DNA of 64,000 bases from Paramoeba atlantica (taxonomy: Eukaryota; Protista; Discosea), in the NCBI GenBank assembly GCA_977017575.1, contig CDRNVI010000026.1, positions 589,231 through 653,230 of the forward strand, written 5' to 3'. A program made the translations under genes and the position numbers. Under the pieces are notes generated by a model. The model was not told the origin of the DNA, searched no databases, and saw only the letters and a list, made by a program, of their open reading frames with translations. Of this stretch, positions 15,001 to 30,000 are shown piece by piece; within the stretch, counting starts at the first letter, position 1, and each line of letters starts with the position of its first letter.

Positions 15001-18000
15001 TTCAAAAAAACAAAGGTCTTCAAAAAAACATAGGTCTTCAAAAAAACAAAGGTCTTCAAAAAAACAAAGGTCTTCAAAAAAACAAAGGTCTTCAAAAAAA
15101 CAAAAGGTCTTCAAAAAAAGAAAGGTCTTCAAAAAAAGAAAGGTCTTCAAAAAAACAAAGGTCTTCGAAAAAACAAAGGTCTTCAAAAAAACAAAGGTCT
15201 TCAAAAAAAAAAAGGTCTTCAAAAAAAACAAAGGTCTTCAAAAAAACAAAAGTCTTCAAAAAAACAAAGTCTTCAAAAAATCAAAGGTCTTCAAAAAAAC
15301 AAAGGTCTTCAAAAAAACAAAGGTCTTCAAAAAAACAAAGGTCTTCAAAAAAAACAAAGGTCTTCAAAAACAAAGGTCTTCAAAAAAACAAAGGTCTTCA
15401 AAAAGTCAAAAGGTCTTCAAAAAAAAAGGTCTTCAAAAAAACAAAGGTCTTCAAAAAAACAAAGGTCTTCAAAAAAACAAAAGGTCTTCAAAAAAAGAAA
15501 GGTCTTCAAAAAAACAAAGGTCTTCAAAAAAACAAAGGTCTTCGAAAAAACAAAGGTCTTCAAAAAAACAAAGGTCTTCAAAAAAACAAAGGTCTTCAAA
15601 AAAACAAAGGTCTTCAAAAAAACAAAGGTCTTCAAAAAAACAAAGGTCTTCAAAAAAACAAAAGGTCTTCAAAAAAAGAAAGGTCTTCAAAAAAACAAAG
15701 GTCTTCAAAAAAACAAAGGTCTTCGAAAAAACAAAGGTCTTCAAAAAAACAAAAGTCTTTAAAAAAACAAAGTCTTCAAAAAATCAAAGGTCTTCAAAAA
15801 AACAAAGGTCTTCAAAAAAACAAAGGTCTTCAAAAAAACAAAGGTCTTCAAAAAAACAAAGGTCCTCAAAAAAACAAAGGTCTTCAAAAAAAACAAAGGT
15901 CTTCAAAAAAAAAAAGGTCTTCAAAAAAACAAAGGTCTTCAAAAAAACAAAGGTCTTCAAAAAAACAAAGGTCTTCAAAAACAAAGGTCTTCAAAAAAAC
16001 AAAGGTCTTCAAAAAAACAAAGGTCTTCAAAAAAACAAAGGTCTTCAAAAAAACAAAGGTCTTCAAAAAAACAAAGGTCTTCAAAAAAACATAGGTCTTC
16101 AAAAAAACAAAGGTCTTCAAAAAAACAAAGGTCTTCAAAAAAACAAAGGTCTTCAAAAAAACAAAGGTCTTCAAAAACAAAGGTCTTCAAAAAAACAAAG
16201 GTCTTCAAAAAAACAAAGGTCTTCAAAAAAAGAAAGGTCTTCAAAAAAAACAAAGGTCTTCAAAAACAAACGTCTTCAAAAAAACAAAGGTCTTCAAAAA
16301 GTCAAAAGGTCTTCAAAAAAAAAGGTCTTCAAAAAAACAAAGGTCTTCAAAAAAACAAAGGTCTTCAAAAAAACAAAAGGTCTTCAAAAAAAGAAAGGTC
16401 TTCAAAAAAACAAAGGTCTTCAAAAAAACAAAGGTCTTCAAAAAAACAAAAGTCTTCAAAAAAACAAAGGTCTTCAAAAAAACAAAGGTCTTCAAAAAAA
16501 CAAAGGTCTTCAAAAAAAAAAAGGTCTTCAAAAAAACAAAAGGTCTTCAAAAAAAGAAAGGTCTTCAAAAAAACAAAGGTCTTCAAAAAAACAAAGGTCT
16601 TCGAAAAAACAAAGGTCTTCAAAAAAACAAAGGTCTTCAAAAAAACAAAGGTCTTCAAAAAAACAAAGGTCTTCAAAAAAACAAAGGTCTTCAAAAAAAC
16701 AAAGGTCTTCAAAAAAACAAAAGGTCTTCAAAAAAAGAAAGGTCTTCAAAAAAACAAAGGTCTTCAAAAAAACAAAGGTCTTCGAAAAAACAAAGGTCTT
16801 CAAAAAAACAAAAGTCTTTAGAAAAACAAAGTCTTCAAAAAATCAAAGGTCTTCAAAAAAACAAAGGTCTTCAAAAAAACAAAGGTCTTCAAAAAAACAA
16901 AGGTCTTCAAAAAAACAAAGGTCTTCAAAAAAACAAAGGTCTTCAAAAAAAACAAAGGTGATCAAAAAAACAAAGGTCTTCAAAAAAACAAAGGTCTTCA
17001 AAAAAAAAAAGGTCTTCAAAAAAACAAAGGTCTTCAAAAAAACAAAGGTCTTCAAAAAAACAAAGGTCTTCAAAAACAAAGGTCTTCAAAAAAACAAAGG
17101 TCTTCAAAAAAACAAAGGTCTTCAAAAAAACAAAGGTCTTCAAAAAAACAAAGGTCTTCAAAAAAACAAAGGTCTTCAAAAAAACATAGGTCTTCAAAAA
17201 AACAAAGGTCTTCAAAAAAACAAAGGTCTTCAAAAAAACAAAGGTCTTCAAAAAAACAAAGGTCTTCAAAAACAAAGGTCTTCAAAAAAACAAAGGTCTT
17301 CAAAAAAACAAAGGTCTTCAAAAAAAGAAAGGTCTTCAAAAAAAACAAAGGTCTTCAAAAACAAACGTCTTCAAAAAAACAAAGGTCTTCAAAAAGTCAA
17401 AAGGTCTTCAAAAAAAAAGGTCTTCAAAAAAACAAAGGTCTTCAAAAAAACAAAGGTCTTCAAAAAAACAAAAGGTCTTCAAAAAAAGAAAGGTCTTCAA
17501 AAAAACAAAGGTCTTCAAAAAAACAAAGGTCTTCGAAAAAACAAAGGTCTTCAAAAAAACAAAGGTCTTCAAAAAAACAAAGGTCTTCAAAAAAACAAAG
17601 GTCTTCAAAAAAACAAAGGTCTTCAAAAAAACATAGGTCTTCAAAAAAACAAAGGTCATCAAAAAAACAAAGGTCTTCAAAAAAACAAAGGTCTTCAAAA
17701 AAAAAAAGGTCTTCAAAAAAACAAAGGTCTTCAAAAAAAAAAAGGTCTTCAAAAAAAACAAAGGTCTTCAAAAAAACAAAAGTCTTCAAAAAAACAAAGT
17801 CTTCAAAAAATCAAAGGTCTTCAAAAAAACAAAGGTCTTCAAAAAAACAAAGGTCTTCAAAAAAACAAAGGTCTTCAAAAAAACAAAGGTCTTCAAAAAA
17901 ACAAAGGTCTTCAAAAACAAAGGTCTTCAAAAAAACAAAGGTCTTCAAAAAAACAAAGGTCTTCAAAAAAACAAAGGTCTTCAAAAAAACAAAGGTCTTC

Positions 18001-21000
18001 AAAAAAACAAAGGTCTTCAAAAAAACAAAGGTCTTCAAAAAAACATAGGTCTTCAAAAAAACAAAGGTCTTCAAAAAAACAAAGGTCTTCAAAAAAACAA
18101 AGGTCTTCAAAAAAACAAAGGTCTTCAAAAACAAAGGTCTTCAAAAAAACAAAGGTCATCAAAAAAACAAAGGTCTTCAAAAAAACAAAGGTCTTCAAAA
18201 AAACAAAGGTCTTCAAAAAAACATAGGTCTTCAAAAAAACAAAGGTCTTCAAAAAAACAAAGGTCTTCAAAAAAACAAAGGTCTTCAAAAAAACAAAGGT
18301 CTTCAAAAACAAAGGTCTTCAAAAAAACAAAGGTCTTCAAAAAAACAAAGGTCTTCAAAAAAAGAAAGGTCTTCAAAAAAAACAAACGTCTTCAAAAACA
18401 AAGGTCTTCAAAAAAACAAAGGTCTTCAAAAAGTCAAAAGGTCTTCAAAAAAAAAGGTCTTCAAAAAAACAAAGGTCTTCAAAAAAACAAAGGTCTTCAA
18501 AAAAAGAAAGGTCTTCAAAAAATCAAAGGTCTTCAAAAAAACAAAGGTCTTCAAAAAAACAAAGGTCTTCAAAAAAACAAAGGTCTTCAAAAAAACAAAG
18601 GTCTTCAAAAAAACAAAGGTCTTCAAAAAAACAAAGGTCTTCAAAAAAACAAAGGTCTTCAAAAAAACAAAGGTCTTCAAAAAAACAAAGGTCTTCAAAA
18701 AAACAAAGGTCTTCAAAAAAACAAAGGTCCTCAAAAAAACAAAGGTCTTCAAAAAAAACAAAGGTCATCAAAAAAACAAAGGTCTTCAAAAAAACAAAGG
18801 TCTTCGAAAAAACAAAGGTCTTCAAAAAAACAAAGGTCTTCAAAAAAAAAAAGGTCTTCAAAAAAAACAAAGGTCTTCAAAAAAACAAAAGTCTTCAAAA
18901 AAACAAAGTCTTCAAAAAATCAAAGGTCTTCAAAAAAACAAAGGTCTTCAAAAAAACAAAGGTCTTCAAAAAAACAAAGGTCTTCAAAAAAACAAAGGTC
19001 CTCAAAAAAACAAAGGTCTTCAAAAAAAACAAAGGTCATCAAAAAAACAAAGGTCTTCAAAAAAACAAAGGTCTTCAAAAAAACAAAGGTCTTCAAAAAA
19101 ACATAGGTCTTCAAAAAAACAAAGGTCTTCAAAAAAACAAAGGTCTTCAAAAAAACAAAGGTCTTCAAAAAAACAAAGGTCTTCAAAAACAAAGGTCTTC
19201 AAAAAAACAAAGGTCTTCAAAAAAACAAAGGTCTTCAAAAAAAGAAAGGTCTTCAAAAAAAACAAAGGTCTTCAAAAACAAAGGTCTTCAAAAAAACAAA
19301 GGTCTTCAAAAAGTCAAAAGGTCTTCAAAAAAAAAGGTCTTCAAAAAAACAAAGGTCTTCAAAAAAACAAAAGGTCTTCAAAAAAAGAAAGGTCTTCAAA
19401 AAAACAAAGGTCTTCAAAAAAACAAAGGTCTTCAAAAAAACAAAGGTCTTCAAAAAAACAAAGGTCCTCAAAAAAACAAAGGTCTTCAAAAAAAACAAAG
19501 GTCATCAAAAAAACAAAGGTCTTCAAAAAAACAAAGGTCTTCAAAAAAACAAAGGTCTTCAAAAAAACAAAGGTCTTCAAAAAAACAAAGGTCTTCAAAA
19601 AAACAAAGGTCTTCAAAAACAAAGGTCTTCAAAAAAACAAAGGTCTTCAAAAAAACAAAGGTCTTCAAAAAAACAAAGGTCTTCAAAAAAACAAAGGTCT
19701 TCAAAAAAACAAAGGTCTTCAAAAAAACAAAGGTCTTCAAAAAAACATAGGTCTTCAAAAAAACAAAGGTCTTCAAAAAAACAAAGGTCTTCAAAAAAAC
19801 AAAGGTCTTCAAAAACAAAGGTCTTCAAAAAAACAAAGGTCTTCAAAAAAACAAAGGTCTTCAAAGAAAGAAAGGTCTTCAAAAAAAACAAAGGTCTTCA
19901 AAAACAAAGGTCTTCAAAAAAACAAAGGTCTTCAAAAAGTCAAAAGGTCTTCTAAAAAAAAGGTCTTCAAAAAAACAAAGGTCTTCAAAAAAACAAAGGT
20001 CTTCAAAAAAACAAAAGGTCTTCAAAAAAAGAAAGGTCTTCAAAAAAACAAAGGTCTTCAAAAAAACAAAGGTCTTCAAAAAAAAAAAGGTCTTCAAAAA
20101 AAACAAAGGTCTTCAAAAAAACAAAAGTCTTCAAAAAAACAAAGTCTTCAAAAAATCAAAGGTCTTCAAAAAAACAAAGGTCTTCAAAAAAACAAAGGTC
20201 TTCAAAAAAACAAAGGTCTTCAAAAAAATAAAGGTCTTCAAAAAAACAAAGGTCTTCAAAAAAACAAAGGTCTTCAAAAAAACAAAGGTCTTCAAAAAAA
20301 CAAAGGTCTTCAAAAAAACAAAGGTCTTCAAAAACAAAGGTCTTCAAAAAAACAAAGGTCTTCAAAAAAACAAAGGTCTTCAAAAAAAGAAAGGTCTTCA
20401 AAAAAAACAAAGGTCTTCAAAAACAAAGGTCTTCAAAAAAACAAAGGTCTTCAAAAAGTCAAAAGGTCTTCAAAAAAAAAGGTCTTCAAAAAAACAAAGG
20501 TCTTCAAAAAAACAAAGGTCTTCAAAAAAACAAAAGGTCTTCAAAAAAAGAAAGGTCTTCAAAAAAACAAAGGTCTTCAAAAAAACAAAGGTCTTCGAAA
20601 AAACAAAGGTCTTCAAAAAAACAAAGGTCTTCAAAAAAACAAAGGTCTTCAAAAAAACAAAGGTCTTCAAAAAAACATAGGTCTTCAAAAAAACAAAGGT
20701 CTTCAAAAAAACAAAGGTCTTCAAAAAAACAAAGGTCTTCAAAAAAACAAAAGGTCTTCAAAAAAAGAAAGGTCTTCAAAAAAAGAAAGGTCTTCAAAAA
20801 AACAAAGGTCTTCGAAAAAACAAAGGTCTTCAAAAAAACAAAGGTCTTCAAAAAAAAAAAGGTCTTCAAAAAAAACAAAGGTCTTCAAAAAAACAAAAGT
20901 CTTCAAAAAAACAAAGTCTTCAAAAAATCAAAGGTCTTCAAAAAAACAAAGGTCTTCAAAAAAACAAAGGTCTTCAAAAAAACAAAGGTCTTCAAAAAAA

Positions 21001-24000
21001 ACAAAGGTCTTCAAAAACAAAGGTCTTCAAAAAAACAAAGGTCTTCAAAAAGTCAAAAGGTCTTCAAAAAAAAAGGTCTTCAAAAAAACAAAGGTCTTCA
21101 AAAAAACAAAGGTCTTCAAAAAAACAAAAGGTCTTCAAAAAAAGAAAGGTCTTCAAAAAAACAAAGGTCTTCAAAAAAACAAAGGTCTTCAAAAAAACAA
21201 AGGTCTTCAAAAAAACAAAGGTCTTCAAAAAAACAAAGGTCTTCAAAAAAACAAAAGGTCTTCAAAAAAAGAAAGGTCTTCAAAAAAACAAAGGTCTTCA
21301 AAAAAACAAAGGTCTTCGAAAAAACAAAGGTCTTCAAAAAAACAAAAGTCTTTAAAAAAACAAAGTCTTCAAAAAATCAAAGGTCTTCAAAAAAACAAAG
21401 GTCTTCAAAAAAACAAAGGTCTTCAAAAAAACAAAGGTCTTCAAAAAAACAAAGGTCCTCAAAAAAACAAAGGTCTTCAAAAAAAACAAAGGTCATCAAA
21501 AAAACAAAGGTCTTCAAAAAAACAAAGGTCTTCAAAAAAAAAAAGGTCTTCAAAAAAACAAAGGTCTTCAAAAAAACAAAGGTCTTCAAAAAAACAAAGG
21601 TCTTCAAAAACAAAGGTCTTCAAAAAAACAAAGGTCTTCAAAAAAACAAAGGTCTTCAAAAAAACAAAGGTCTTCAAAAAAACAAAGGTCTTCAAAAAAA
21701 CAAAGGTCTTCAAAAAAACATAGGTCTTCAAAAAAACAAAGGTCTTCAAAAAAACAAAGGTCTTCAAAAAAACAAAGGTCTTCAAAAAAACAAAGGTCTT
21801 CAAAAACAAAGGTCTTCAAAAAAACAAAGGTCTTCAAAAAAACAAAGGTCTTCAAAAAAAGAAAGGTCTTCAAAAAAAACAAAGGTCTTCAAAAACAAAC
21901 GTCTTCAAAAAAACAAAGGTCTTCAAAAAGTCAAAAGGTCTTCAAAAAAAAAGGTCTTCAAAAAAACAAAGGTCTTCAAAAAAACAAAGGTCTTCAAAAA
22001 AACAAAAGGTCTTCAAAAAAAGAAAGGTCTTCAAAAAAACAAAGGTCTTCAAAAAAACAAAGGTCTTCAAAAAAACAAAAGTCTTCAAAAAAACAAAGGT
22101 CTTCAAAAAAACAAAGGTCTTCAAAAAAACAAAGGTCTTCAAAAAAAAAAAGGTCTTCAAAAAAACAAAAGGTCTTCAAAAAAAGAAAGGTCTTCAAAAA
22201 AACAAAGGTCTTCAAAAAAACAAAGGTCTTCGAAAAAACAAAGGTCTTCAAAAAAACAAAGGTCTTCAAAAAAACAAAGGTCTTCAAAAAAACAAAGGTC
22301 TTCAAAAAAACAAAGGTCTTCAAAAAAACAAAGGTCTTCAAAAAAACAAAAGGTCTTCAAAAAAAGAAAGGTCTTCAAAAAAACAAAGGTCTTCAAAAAA
22401 ACAAAGGTCTTCGAAAAAACAAAGGTCTTCAAAAAAACAAAAGTCTTTAGAAAAACAAAGTCTTCAAAAAATCAAAGGTCTTCAAAAAAACAAAGGTCTT
22501 CAAAAAAACAAAGGTCTTCAAAAAAACAAAGGTCTTCAAAAAAACAAAGGTCTTCAAAAAAACAAAGGTCTTCAAAAAAAACAAAGGTGATCAAAAAAAC
22601 AAAGGTCTTCAAAAAAACAAAGGTCTTCAAAAAAAAAAAGGTCTTCAAAAAAACAAAGGTCTTCAAAAAAACAAAGGTCTTCAAAAAAACAAAGGTCTTC
22701 AAAAACAAAGGTCTTCAAAAAAACAAAGGTCTTCAAAAAAACAAAGGTCTTCAAAAAAACAAAGGTCTTCAAAAAAACAAAGGTCTTCAAAAAAACAAAG
22801 GTCTTCAAAAAAACATAGGTCTTCAAAAAAACAAAGGTCTTCAAAAAAACAAAGGTCTTCAAAAAAACAAAGGTCTTCAAAAAAACAAAGGTCTTCAAAA
22901 ACAAAGGTCTTCAAAAAAACAAAGGTCTTCAAAAAAACAAAGGTCTTCAAAAAAAGAAAGGTCTTCAAAAAAAACAAAGGTCTTCAAAAACAAACGTCTT
23001 CAAAAAAACAAAGGTCTTCAAAAAGTCAAAAGGTCTTCAAAAAAAAAGGTCTTCAAAAAAACAAAGGTCTTCAAAAAAACAAAGGTCTTCAAAAAAACAA
23101 AAGGTCTTCAAAAAAAGAAAGGTCTTCAAAAAAACAAAGGTCTTCAAAAAAACAAAGGTCTTCGAAAAAACAAAGGTCTTCAAAAAAACAAAGGTCTTCA
23201 AAAAAACAAAGGTCTTCAAAAAAACAAAGGTCTTCAAAAAAACAAAGGTCTTCAAAAAAACATAGGTCTTCAAAAAAACAAAGGTCATCAAAAAAACAAA
23301 GGTCTTCAAAAAAACAAAGGTCTTCAAAAAAAAAAAGGTCTTCAAAAAAACAAAGGTCTTCAAAAAAAAAAAGGTCTTCAAAAAAAACAAAGGTCTTCAA
23401 AAAAACAAAAGTCTTCAAAAAAACAAAGTCTTCAAAAAATCAAAGGTCTTCAAAAAAACAAAGGTCTTCAAAAAAACAAAGGTCTTCAAAAAAACAAAGG
23501 TCTTCAAAAAAACAAAGGTCTTCAAAAAAACAAAGGTCTTCAAAAAAACAAAGGTCTTCAAAAAAACAAAGGTCTTCAAAAAAACAAAGGTCTTCAAAAA
23601 AACATAGGTCTTCAAAAAAACAAAGGTCATCAAAAAAACAAAGGTCTTCAAAAAAACAAAGGTCTTCAAAAAAAAAAAGGTCTTCAAAAAAACAAAGGTC
23701 TTCAAAAAAACAAAGGTCTTCAAAAAAACAAAGGTCTTCAAAAAAACAAAGGTCTTCAAAAAAACAAAGGTCTTCAAAAAAACAAAGGTCTTCAAAAAAA
23801 CAAAGGTCTTCAAAAACAAAGGTCTTCAAAAAAACAAAGGTCTTCAAAAAAACAAAGGTCTTCAAAAAAAGAAAGGTCTTCAAAAAAAACAAAGGTCTTC
23901 AAAAACAAAGGTCTTCAAAAAAACAAAGGTCTTCAAAAAGTCACAAGGTCTTCAAAAAAAAAGGTCTTCAAAAAAACAAAGGTCTTCAAAAAAACAAAGG

Positions 24001-27000
24001 TCTTCAAAAAAACAAAAGGTCTTCAAAAAAAGAAAGGTCTTCAAAAAAACAAAGGTCTTCAAAAAAACAAAGGTCTTCGAAAAAACAAAGGTCTTCAAAA
24101 AAACAAAGGTCTTCAAAAAAACAAAGGTCTTCAAAAAAACAAAGGTCTTCAAAAAAACAAAGGTCTTCAAAAAAACAAAGGTCTTCAAAAACAAAGGTCT
24201 TCAAAAAAACAAAGGTCTTCAAAAAAACCAAGGTCTTCAAAAAAAGAAAGGTCTTCAAAAAAAACAAAGGTCTTCAAAAACAAACGTCTTCAAAAAAACA
24301 AAGGTCTTCAAAAAGTCAAAAGGTCTTCAAAAAAAAAGGTCTTCAAAAAAACAAAGGTCTTCAAAAAAACAAAGGTCTTCAAAAAAACAAAAGGTCTCCA
24401 AAAAAAGAAAGGTCTTCAAAAAAACAAAGGTCTTCAAAAAAACAAAGGTCTGCAAAAAAACAAAGGTCTTCAAAAACAAAGGTCTTCAAAAAAACAAAGG
24501 TCTTCAAAAAAACAAAGGTCTTCAAAAAAAGAAAGGTCTTCAAAAAAAACAAAGGTCTTCAAAAACAAACGTCTTCAAAAAAACAAAGGTCTTCAAAAAG
24601 TCAAAAGGTCTTCAAAAAAAAAGGTCTTCAAAAAAACAAAGGTCTTCAAAAAAACAAAGGTCTTCAAAAAAACAAAAGGTCTTCAAAAAAAGAAAGGTCT
24701 TCAAAAAAACAAAGGTCTTCAAAAAAACAAAGGTCTTCAAAAAAACAAAAGGTCTTCAAAAAAAGAAAGGTCTTCAAAAAAACAAAGGTCTTCAAAAAAA
24801 CAAAGGTCTTCGAAAAAACAAAGGTCTTCAAAAAAACAAAGGTCTTCAAAAAAACAAAGGTCTTCAAAAAAACAAAGGTCTTCAAAAAAACAAAGGTCTT
24901 CGAAAAAACAAAGGTCTTCAAAAAAACAAAGGTCTTCAAAAAAAAAAAGGTCTTCAAAAAAAACAAAGGTCTTCAAAAAAACAAAAGTCTTCAAAAAAAC
25001 AAAGTCTTCAAAAAATCAAAGGTCTTCAAAAAAACAAAAGGTCTTCAAAAAAAGAAAGGTCTTCAAAAAAACAAAGGTCTTCAAAAAAACAAAGGTCTTC
25101 GAAAAAACAAAGGTCTTCAAAAAAACAAAGGTCTTCAAAAAAACAAAGGTCTTCAAAAAAACAAAGGTCTTCGAAAAAACAAAGGTCTTCAAAAAAACAA
25201 AGGTCTTCAAAAAAAAAAAAGGTCTTCAAAAAAAACAAAGGTCTTCAAAAAAACAAAAGTCTTTAAAAAAACAAAGTCTTCAAAAAATCAAAGGTCTTCA
25301 AAAAAACAAAGGTCTTCAAAAAAACAAAGGTCTTCAAAAAAACAAAGGTCTTCAAAAAAACAAAGGTCTTCAAAAAAACATAGGTCTTCAAAAAAACAAA
25401 GGTCTTCAAAAAAACAAAGGTCTTCAAAAAAAAAAAGGTCTTCAAAAAAAAAAAGGTCTTCAAAAAAAACAAAGGTCTTCAAAAAGTCAAAAGGTCTTCA
25501 AAAAAAAAGGTCTTCAAAAAAACAAAGGTCTTCAAAAAAACAAAGGTCTTCAAAAAAACAAAAGGTCTTCAAAAAAAGAAAGGTCTTCAAAAAAACAAAG
25601 GTCTTCAAAAAAACAAAGGTCTTCAAAAAAAAAAAGGTCTTCAAAAAAAACAAAGGTCTTCAAAAAAACAAAGGTCTTCAAAAAAACAAAGGTCTTCAAA
25701 AAAACAAAGGTCTTCAAAAAAACAAAGGTCTTCAAAAACAAAGGTCTTCAAAAAAACAAAGGTCTTCAAAAAAACAAAGGTCTTCAAAAAAAGAAAGGTC
25801 TTCAAAAAAAACAAAGGTCTTCAAAAACAAAGGTCTTCAAAAAAACAAAGGTCTTCAAAAAGTCAAAAGGTCTTCAAAAAAAAAGGTCTTCAAAAAAACA
25901 AAGGTCTTCAAAAAAACAAAGGTCTTCAAAAAAACAAAAGGTCTTCAAAAAAAGAAAGGTCTTCAAAAAAACCAAGGTCTTCAAAAAAACAAAGGTCTTC
26001 GAAAAAACAAAGGTCTTCAAAAAAACAAAGGTCTTCAAAAAAACAAAGGTCTTCAAAAAAACAAAGGTCTTCAAAAAAACATAGGTCTTCAAAAAAACAA
26101 AGGTCTTCAAAAAAACAAAGGTCTTCAAAAAAACAAAGGTCTTCAAAAAAACAAAAGGTCTTCAAAAAAAGAAAGGTCTTCAAAAAAAGAAAGGTCTTCA
26201 AAAAAACAAAGGTCTTCGAAAAAACAAAGGTCTTCAAAAAAACAAAGGTCTTCAAAAAAAAAAAGGTCTTCAAAAAAAACAAAAGTCTTCAAAAAAACAA
26301 AAGTCTTCAAAAAAACAAAGTCTTCAAAAAATCAAAGGTCTTCAAAAAAACAAAGGTCTTCAAAAAAACAAAGGTCTTCAAAAAAAACAAAGGTCTTCAA
26401 AAACAAAGGTCTTCAAAAAAACAAAGGTCTTCAAAAAGTCAAAAGGTCTTCAAAAAAAAAGGTCTTCAAAAAAACAAAGGTCTTCAAAAAAACAAAGGTC
26501 TTCAAAAAAACAAAAGGTCTTCAAAAAAAGAAAGGTCTTCAAAAAAACAAAGGTCTTCAAAAAAACAAAGGTCTTCGAAAAAACAAAGGTCTTCAAAAAA
26601 ACAAAGGTCTTCAAAAAAACAAAGGTCTTCAAAAAAACATAGGTCTTCAAAAAAACAAAGGTCTTCAAAAAAACAAAGGTCTTCAAAAAAACAAAAGGTC
26701 TTCAAAAAAAGAAAGGTCTTCAAAAAAACAAAGGTCTTCAAAAAAACAAAGGTCTTCGAAAAAACAAAGGTCTTCAAAAAAACAAAAGTCTTTAAAAAAA
26801 CAAAGTCTTCAAAAAATCAAAGGTCTTCAAAAAAACAAAGGTCTTCAAAAAAACAAAGGTCTTCAAAAAAACAAAGGTCTTCAAAAAAACAAAGGTCCTC
26901 AAAAAAACAAAGGTCTTCAAAAAAAACAAAGGTCATCAAAAAAACAAAGGTCTTCAAAAAAACAAAGGTCTTCAAAAAAAAAAAGGTCTTCAAAAAAACA

Positions 27001-30000
27001 AAGGTCTTCAAAAAAACAAAGGTCTTCAAAAAAACAAAGGTCTTCAAAAACAAAGGTCTTCAAAAAAACAAAGGTCTTCAAAAAAACAAAGGTCTTCAAA
27101 AAAACAAAGGTCTTCAAAAAAACAAAGGTCTTCAAAAAAACAAAGGTCTTCAAAAAAACATAGGTCTTCAAAAAAACAAAGGTCTTCAAAAAAACAAAAG
27201 TCTTCAAAAAAACAAAGGTCTTCAAAAAAACAAAGGTCTTCAAAAACAAAGGTCTTCAAAAAAACAAAGGTCTTCAAAAAAACAAAGGTCTTCAAAAAAA
27301 GAAAGGTCTTCAAAAAAAACAAAGGTCTTCAAAAACAAACGTCTTCAAAAAAACAAAGGTCTTCAAAAAGTCAAAAGGTCTTCAAAAAAAAGGTCTTCAA
27401 AAAAACAAAGGTCTTCAAAAAAACAAAGGTCTTCAAAAAAACAAAAGCTCTTCAAAAAAAGAAAGGTCTTCAAAAAAACAAAGGTCTTCAAAAAAACAAA
27501 GGTCTTCAAAAAAACAAAAGTCTTCAAAAAAACAAAGGTCTTCAAAAAAACAAAGGTCTTCAAAAAAACAAAGGTCTTCAAAAAAAAAAGGTCTTCAAAA
27601 AAAACAAAGGTCTTCAAAAAAACAAAAGTCTTCAAAAAAACAAAGGTCTTCGAAAAAACAAAGGTCTTCAAAAAAACAAAAGTCTTTAGAAAAACAAAGT
27701 CTTCAAAAAATCAAAGGTCTTCAAAAAAACAAAGGTCTTCAAAAAAACAAAGGTCTTCAAAAAAACAAAGGTCTTCAAAAAAACAAAGGTCTTCAAAAAA
27801 ACAAAGGTCTTCAAAAAAAACAAAGGTGATCAAAAAAACAAAGGTCTTCAAAAAAACAAAGGTCTTCAAAAAAAAAAAGGTCTTCAAAAAAACAAAGGTC
27901 TTCAAAAAAACAAAGGTCTTCAAAAAAACAAAGGTCTTCAAAAACAAAGGTCTTCAAAAAAACAAAGGTCTTCAAAAAAACAAAGGTCTTCAAAAAAACA
28001 AAGGTCTTCAAAAAAACAAAGGTCTTCAAAAAAACAAAGGTCTTCAAAAAAACATAGGTCTTCAAAAAAACAAAGGTCTTCAAAAAAACAAAGGTCTTCA
28101 AAAAAACAAAGGTCTTCAAAAAAACAAAGGTCTTCAAAAACAAAGGTCTTCAAAAAAACAAAGGTCTTCAAAAAAACAAAGGTCTTCAAAAAAAGAAAGG
28201 TCTTCAAAAAAAACAAAGGTCTTCAAAAACAAACGTCTTCAAAAAAACAAAGGTCTTCAAAAAAACAAAGGTCTTCAAAAACAAAGGTCTTCAAAAAAAC
28301 AAAGGTCTTCAAAAAAACAAAGGTCTTCAAAAAAAGAAAGGTCTTCAAAAAAAACAAAGGTCTTCAAAAACAAAGGTCTTCAAAAAAACAAAGGTCTTCA
28401 AAAAGTCAAAAGGTCTTCAAAAAAAAAGGTCTTCAAAAAAACAAAGGTCTTCAAAAAAACAAAGGTCTTCAAAAAAACAAAAGGTCTTCAAAAAAAGAAA
28501 GGTCTTCAAAAAAACAAAGGTCTTCAAAAAAACAAAGGTCTTCAAAAAAACAAAGGTCTTCAAAAAAACATAGGTCTTCAAAAAAACAAAGGTCTTCAAA
28601 AAAACAAAGGTCTTCAAAAAAAAAAAGGTCTTCAAAAAAAAAAAGGTCTTCAAAAAAAAAAAGGTCTTCAAAAAAAACAAAGGTCTTCAAAAAAACAAAA
28701 GTCTTCAAAAAAACAAAGTCTTCAAAAAATCAAAGGTCTTCAAAAAAACAAAGGTCTTCAAAAAAACAAAGGTCTTCAAAAAAACAAAGGTCTTCAAAAA
28801 AACAAAGGTCTTCAAAAAAAAACAAAGGTCTTCAAAAAAACAAAGGTCTTCAAAAAAACAAAGGTCTTCAAAAAAACAAAGGTCTTCAAAAAAACAAAGG
28901 TCTTCAAAAAAACAAAGGTCTTCAAAAAAACAAAGGTCTTCAAAAACAAAGGTCTTCAAAAAAACAAAGGTCTTCAAAAAAACAAAGGTCTTCAAAAAAA
29001 GAAAGGTCTTCAAAAAAAACAAAGGTCTTCAAAAAAAAGGTCTTCAAAAAAACAAAGGTCTTCAAAAAAACAAAGGTCTTCAAAAAAACAAAGGTCTTCA
29101 AAAAAACAAAGGTCTTCAAAAAAACAAAGGTCTTCAAAAAAACAAAAGGTCTTCAAAAAAAGAAAGGTCTTCAAAAAAACAAAGGTCTTCAAAAAAGCAA
29201 AGGTCTTCGAAAAAACAAAGGTCTTCAAAAAAACAAAGGTCTTCAAAAAAACAAAGGTCTTCAAAAAAACAAAGGTCTTCAAAAAAACATAGGTCTTCAA
29301 AAAAACAAAGGTCTTCAAAAAAACAAAGGTCTTCAAAAAAACAAAAGTCTTCAAAAAAACAAAGGTCTTCAAAAAAACAAAGGTCTTCAAAAAAAAAAAG
29401 GTCTTCAAAAAAAACAAAGGTCTTCAAAAAAACAAAAGTCTTCAAAAAAACAAAGTCTTCAAAAAATCAAAGGTCTTCAAAAAAACAAAGGTCTTCAAAA
29501 AAACAAAGGTCTTCAAAAAAACAAAGGTCTTCAAAAAAACAAAGGTCTTCAAAAAAACAAAGGTCTTCAAAAAAACAAAGGTCTTCAAAAAAAGAAAGGT
29601 CTTCAAAAAAAACAAAGGTCTTCAAAAAAAAGGTCTTCAAAAAAACAAAGGTCTTCAAAAAAACAAAGGTCTTCAAAAAAAAACAAAGGTCTTCAAAAAA
29701 ACAAAGGTCTTCAAAAAAAAACAAAGGTCTTCAAAAAAACAAAGGTCTTCAAAAAAACAAAGGTCTTCAAAAAAACAAAGGTCTTCAAAAAAACAAAGGT
29801 CTTCAAAAAAACAAAGGTCTTCAAAAAAACAAAGGTCTTCAAAAACAAAGGTCTTCAAAAAAACAAAGGTCTTCAAAAAAACAAAGGTCTTCAAAAAAAG
29901 AAAGGTCTTCAAAAAAAACAAAGGTCTTCAAAAAAAAGGTCTTCAAAAAAACAAAGGTCTTCAAAAAAACAAAGGTCTTCAAAAAAACAAAGGTCTTCAA